A stretch of 64,000 bases of DNA from Mobula hypostoma (taxonomy: Eukaryota). The position numbers were made by a program, and so were the translations under genes. The DNA lies in assembly GCF_963921235.1 (NCBI RefSeq), contig NC_086097.1, positions 93,808,001 through 93,872,000 on the forward strand. The letters run 5' to 3'. How positions within the stretch are numbered: position 1 is the stretch's first letter; every line of letters starts with the position of its first letter. This document shows, in pieces, positions 61,017-64,000 of this stretch. The notes beneath the pieces are model-generated. The model was not told where the DNA came from and did no database searches. It was given only the letters and a program-made list of their open reading frames with translations.

Positions 61017-61125
61017 CCAAAATTCGCCCTCCTCCACATTGCCCCCAAATTCACCCTCCTCCACATTCCCCCGAATTCACCCACTTCTACATTCCCCCTG
61101 AATTCACACTCCTCCCCTTTCCCCA
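61017..61125. repeat. Short tandem repeat of about 26 bp (CCCCAAATTCACCCTCCTCCACATT-like), about 4 copies
   Basis: Direct. Confidence 0.75.
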
Positions 61126-62412
61126 ATGGATATCAGGCTGTGTTCAGATTCAAGGGGGAGCTGAGTGGTGTGGCTTCAGTACCAGTTGAAGAATAGAGAT
61201 GCCATTTGTGATATCCTGTAGCAGAACGGGGAACTGCAGTGGTGTGACCTGTGTTTGATCAGTGGAGCAAAATGACACAGCTAACTAATGCCTTTGAATT
61301 GACCTCTGTGGTCCTTTTGGGATGGATTTGCTTGGAGTGTAGACCAAGAGTGAGCAGGCGTGTGAGAAGTGGAGGAAAGCTCTTCAGCCTTGGATTATGG
61401 ACGAGAACTCTCAAACCCCGGACAGGAACATTATGCGCGTAGAGAAAGTTACCAGAACTTTAGATCGTTGACAGTAATCTCCTAAAGTCTGGACAGGAAC
61501 CACAAGAATGGATAGCTGGAAACATTCAAACTCCAGAGAGGAGTCTGAGAATGTGACAAGAATCTTCTTACCCAAACCTTGGCAAAAAGGAAATGTTATC
61601 TAAGGACAAAGTCTTTCATAGTGTTCTGTACATTCCTGATGGGCAGGAGCCTTATTTCTTTGCTATTCCTGACCTTTTAGTATCTCCTTGCACTCTATGC
61701 TCCCTCAGGAAGATGATAATGCAAAACTTTACTACATCAATTAAGAGAGAGCTTCGTTTTTTTTCTACAAGAAACGAATCTCCAGTACTTTGCTGTGTGT
61801 GATCTAAACTGTGAGGTCTCTGCACATCATTGAAAGAACTTGCACCTGGTTGTCGGAATCCCTCAGCAGAGGTCACTGGCTTTTTTCCTTCCGTACAAGA
61901 AATGTCAATTAAAAAGACCAGAATTGAGAATAGACAAACTTTGTTTTTCTTTTTGTAAAGACTTTTTAAAAAAATTAACTTTAAAAAAAAAACTGCACAT
62001 TACGCAGAGACTTCGTACAAATGTTCAAAGAAGCTGCATGCTTTTGGAGAAGTGTTTCAAGTATTAAAAACTGCCTTACCTGTGTGTGTAAAGAAATCGC
62101 GTGGTGTGATATGGAGCCGTGGATATCTGGAAGGATCCGTGTGACCCAGATTCCAGCCAGGCAGTGGTGGAAGAGGCAAAAAATGCCATTTCCCTCTGTT
62201 TTGCCAGGCTGGGGAAGATACAGGTCAATGCTTGCTGGAGATTGGTGCATGTTAATGCAAGGGCTGTGACCCTCGGTCACAGGGGAATTGGACCAACCGG
62301 TGTCAGGGTGTACGTGTGAAGAATGGCCACAAGGAAGTTAGCAGCTTGGGACCAGCAACCATTTTTTATCTGTTTTGTGAAATTCAATGTGAGCATGGTG
62401 GCATCCACCCTT

Positions 62413-63185
62413 TGGTACCAGCAGAGTCAGTACCTTCTCTCACAATTACCAGCAGAGTTGGTACTTTCTCTCTCAGGTACCAGTAGAGTTGGTACTTTCT
62501 TCCTCAGGTACCAGTAGAGTTGGTACCTTCTCCCTCAGGTACCAGTAGAGTTGGTACCTTCTCCCTCAGGTACCAGCAGAGTTGGTACTTTCTCTCAGAT
62601 ACCAGCAGAGTTGGTACCTTCTCTCACAATTACCAGCAGAGTTGGTACTTTCTCCCTCAGGTACCAGTAGAGTTGGTATTTTCTCCCTCAGGTACCAGTA
62701 GAGTTGGTACCTTCTCCCTCAGGTACCAGTAGAGTTGGTACTTTCTCTCACAACTAGCAGCAGAGTTGGTACTTTCTCCCTCAGGTACCAGTTGAGTTGG
62801 TACTTTCTCCCTCAGGTACCAGTAGAATTGGTACTTTCTCTCAGATACCAGCAGAGTTGGTACCTTCTCTCACAATTACCAGCAGAGTTGGTACCTTCTC
62901 CCTCAGATACCAGTAGAGTTGGTACTTTCTCTCAGATACCAGTAGAATTGGAACTTTCTCTCAGATACCAGCAGAGTTGGTACCTTCTCTCACAATCACC
63001 AGCAGAGTTGGTACCTTCTCCCTCAGATACCAGTAGAGTTGGTACTTTCTCTCAGATACCAGTAGAATTGGAACTTTCTCTCAGATACCAGTAGAGTTGG
63101 GACCTTCTCTCTTAATTACCAGTAAAATCGGTGCCTTCTCCCTCAGAAACCAGTAGAGTTGGCACCCTCTCTCTTGCTTACCAGT
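62413..63185. repeat. 29-31-bp minisatellite GGTACCAGTAGAGTTGGTACTTTCTCCCTCA, about 25 copies, in the putative 3' UTR
   Basis: Direct tandem repetition; each unit has an internal inverted repeat GTACCA-N7-TGGTAC. Confidence 0.95.
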
Positions 63186-63822
63186 CGGGCTTTGTATTCT
63201 CCTTTCCATGGTGACGGCTGACTTTTCCTGAATGTGCCAATGATTGGGGTGCCTTCTCCCAGCGGTATCTGCTGCCTGGGATTTGCTCCTGATAAATCTG
63301 TAACAGGTCTGCTACATGGGGTCTTATTTATAATTTTTTAATTGTTGTAGTCACTCAATCAGAGAAGCTCCGGGCTTACAATGTAACAATGGAGTAGTGT
63401 GGGTACTGTAATCCCAAATTTTTTTTCCGTGGTTGAAATGTGAAGAACTAAAGAGACCTCCGAAGAGACTGAATATCTCTTATATCTGCAAGGTGAAGGA
63501 CCAGGGAACAACTTTTGTGTGCATGAAGAGTTTTTGCATGGTGCATTTGATATACACATGTTGAGAGTACAGATGGTGCATGCTGAGAGTCTTTTTCAAC
63601 TCTAATATCTTTGAATCATTGTTCTTTAAGATTAATTTGTACCAATGTATTTTATAATGAAAGCAATGTTTCATTTCTACAGTGGGTTACCAAACTAATT
63701 TTTAAGCTGGTTGTTGTGAATGTGTTTTATCTCTGTGTTCCTTGCACTGTAAGTGAGTGTTTTTTTAATCTGGTTTTTGTTTCCAACTTGTACAGCTTGT
63801 TGTTCATGAATTAAATATTTGC

Positions 63823-63828
63823 AATAAA
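63823..63828 (+). promoter_or_regulatory. Candidate polyadenylation signal of MAPKBP1
   Basis: AATAAA after a U-rich, TGTA-containing stretch typical of distal 3' UTRs; no transcript data. Confidence 0.5.
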
Positions 63829-64000
63829 ATCCCAAAATTTGGGAGAAAAGATTTGGAAGAATTCTTGTTGAAGTGAACACAGCAATTCATGAACTAGTGA
63901 AATTTCTATTTGATTATTAAATCAACGTTAATTCCTCAGCTGAAACGGTCTCTCCCTTATCGTCTGAGTCTGTGTACTGTTGGCCCCACTACCACAGTGA

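Noticed and set aside
1..63185. CRISPR-like appearance of the 24-45 bp arrays
   Set aside because: Units are head-to-tail with no unique spacers, there are no cas genes, and the context is a spliced vertebrate gene
62413..63185. Iron-responsive elements suggested by CAGAGU loops
   Set aside because: The stem register gives a 7-nt loop; the 5-bp upper stem and bulged C of an IRE are not formed

Overview
Vertebrate nuclear genomic DNA, most likely a cartilaginous fish such as a ray (inferred from the repeat families: CR1/HER1-type LINEs, V-SINEs, Rex1-like LINEs and Penelope derivatives). The + strand carries the 3' part of a MAPKBP1 (JNKBP1, WDR62 paralogue) gene. I reconstructed 17 GT-AG coding exons from 6700 to the stop at 59902. 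Their phases join into one open frame of 3363 nt (about 1120 aa), covering the last WD40 repeats, the low-complexity middle and the C-terminal helical region. A likely 3' UTR runs to an AATAAA at 63823. The introns hold many transposons: two young near-identical CR1 LINEs (one with an esterase-type ORF1), a non-autonomous Helitron with exact termini, Tigger4-like, Chapaev3-like and mariner-derived DNA elements, Penelope fragments with hammerhead-like cores, and an RTE-tailed SINE-like family. There are five large minisatellites. The most notable observations are (1) a T TTA AAC slippery heptamer joining CR1 ORF1 to an AUG-less ORF2 in the -1 frame, (2) an exon flanked upstream by about 34 acceptor-like repeats and downstream by about 43 tandem copies of its own 5' splice site, and (3) a hairpin-repeat array in the putative 3' UTR. 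Family assignments come from recalled motifs, not database searches, and boundaries of degraded repeats are approximate.
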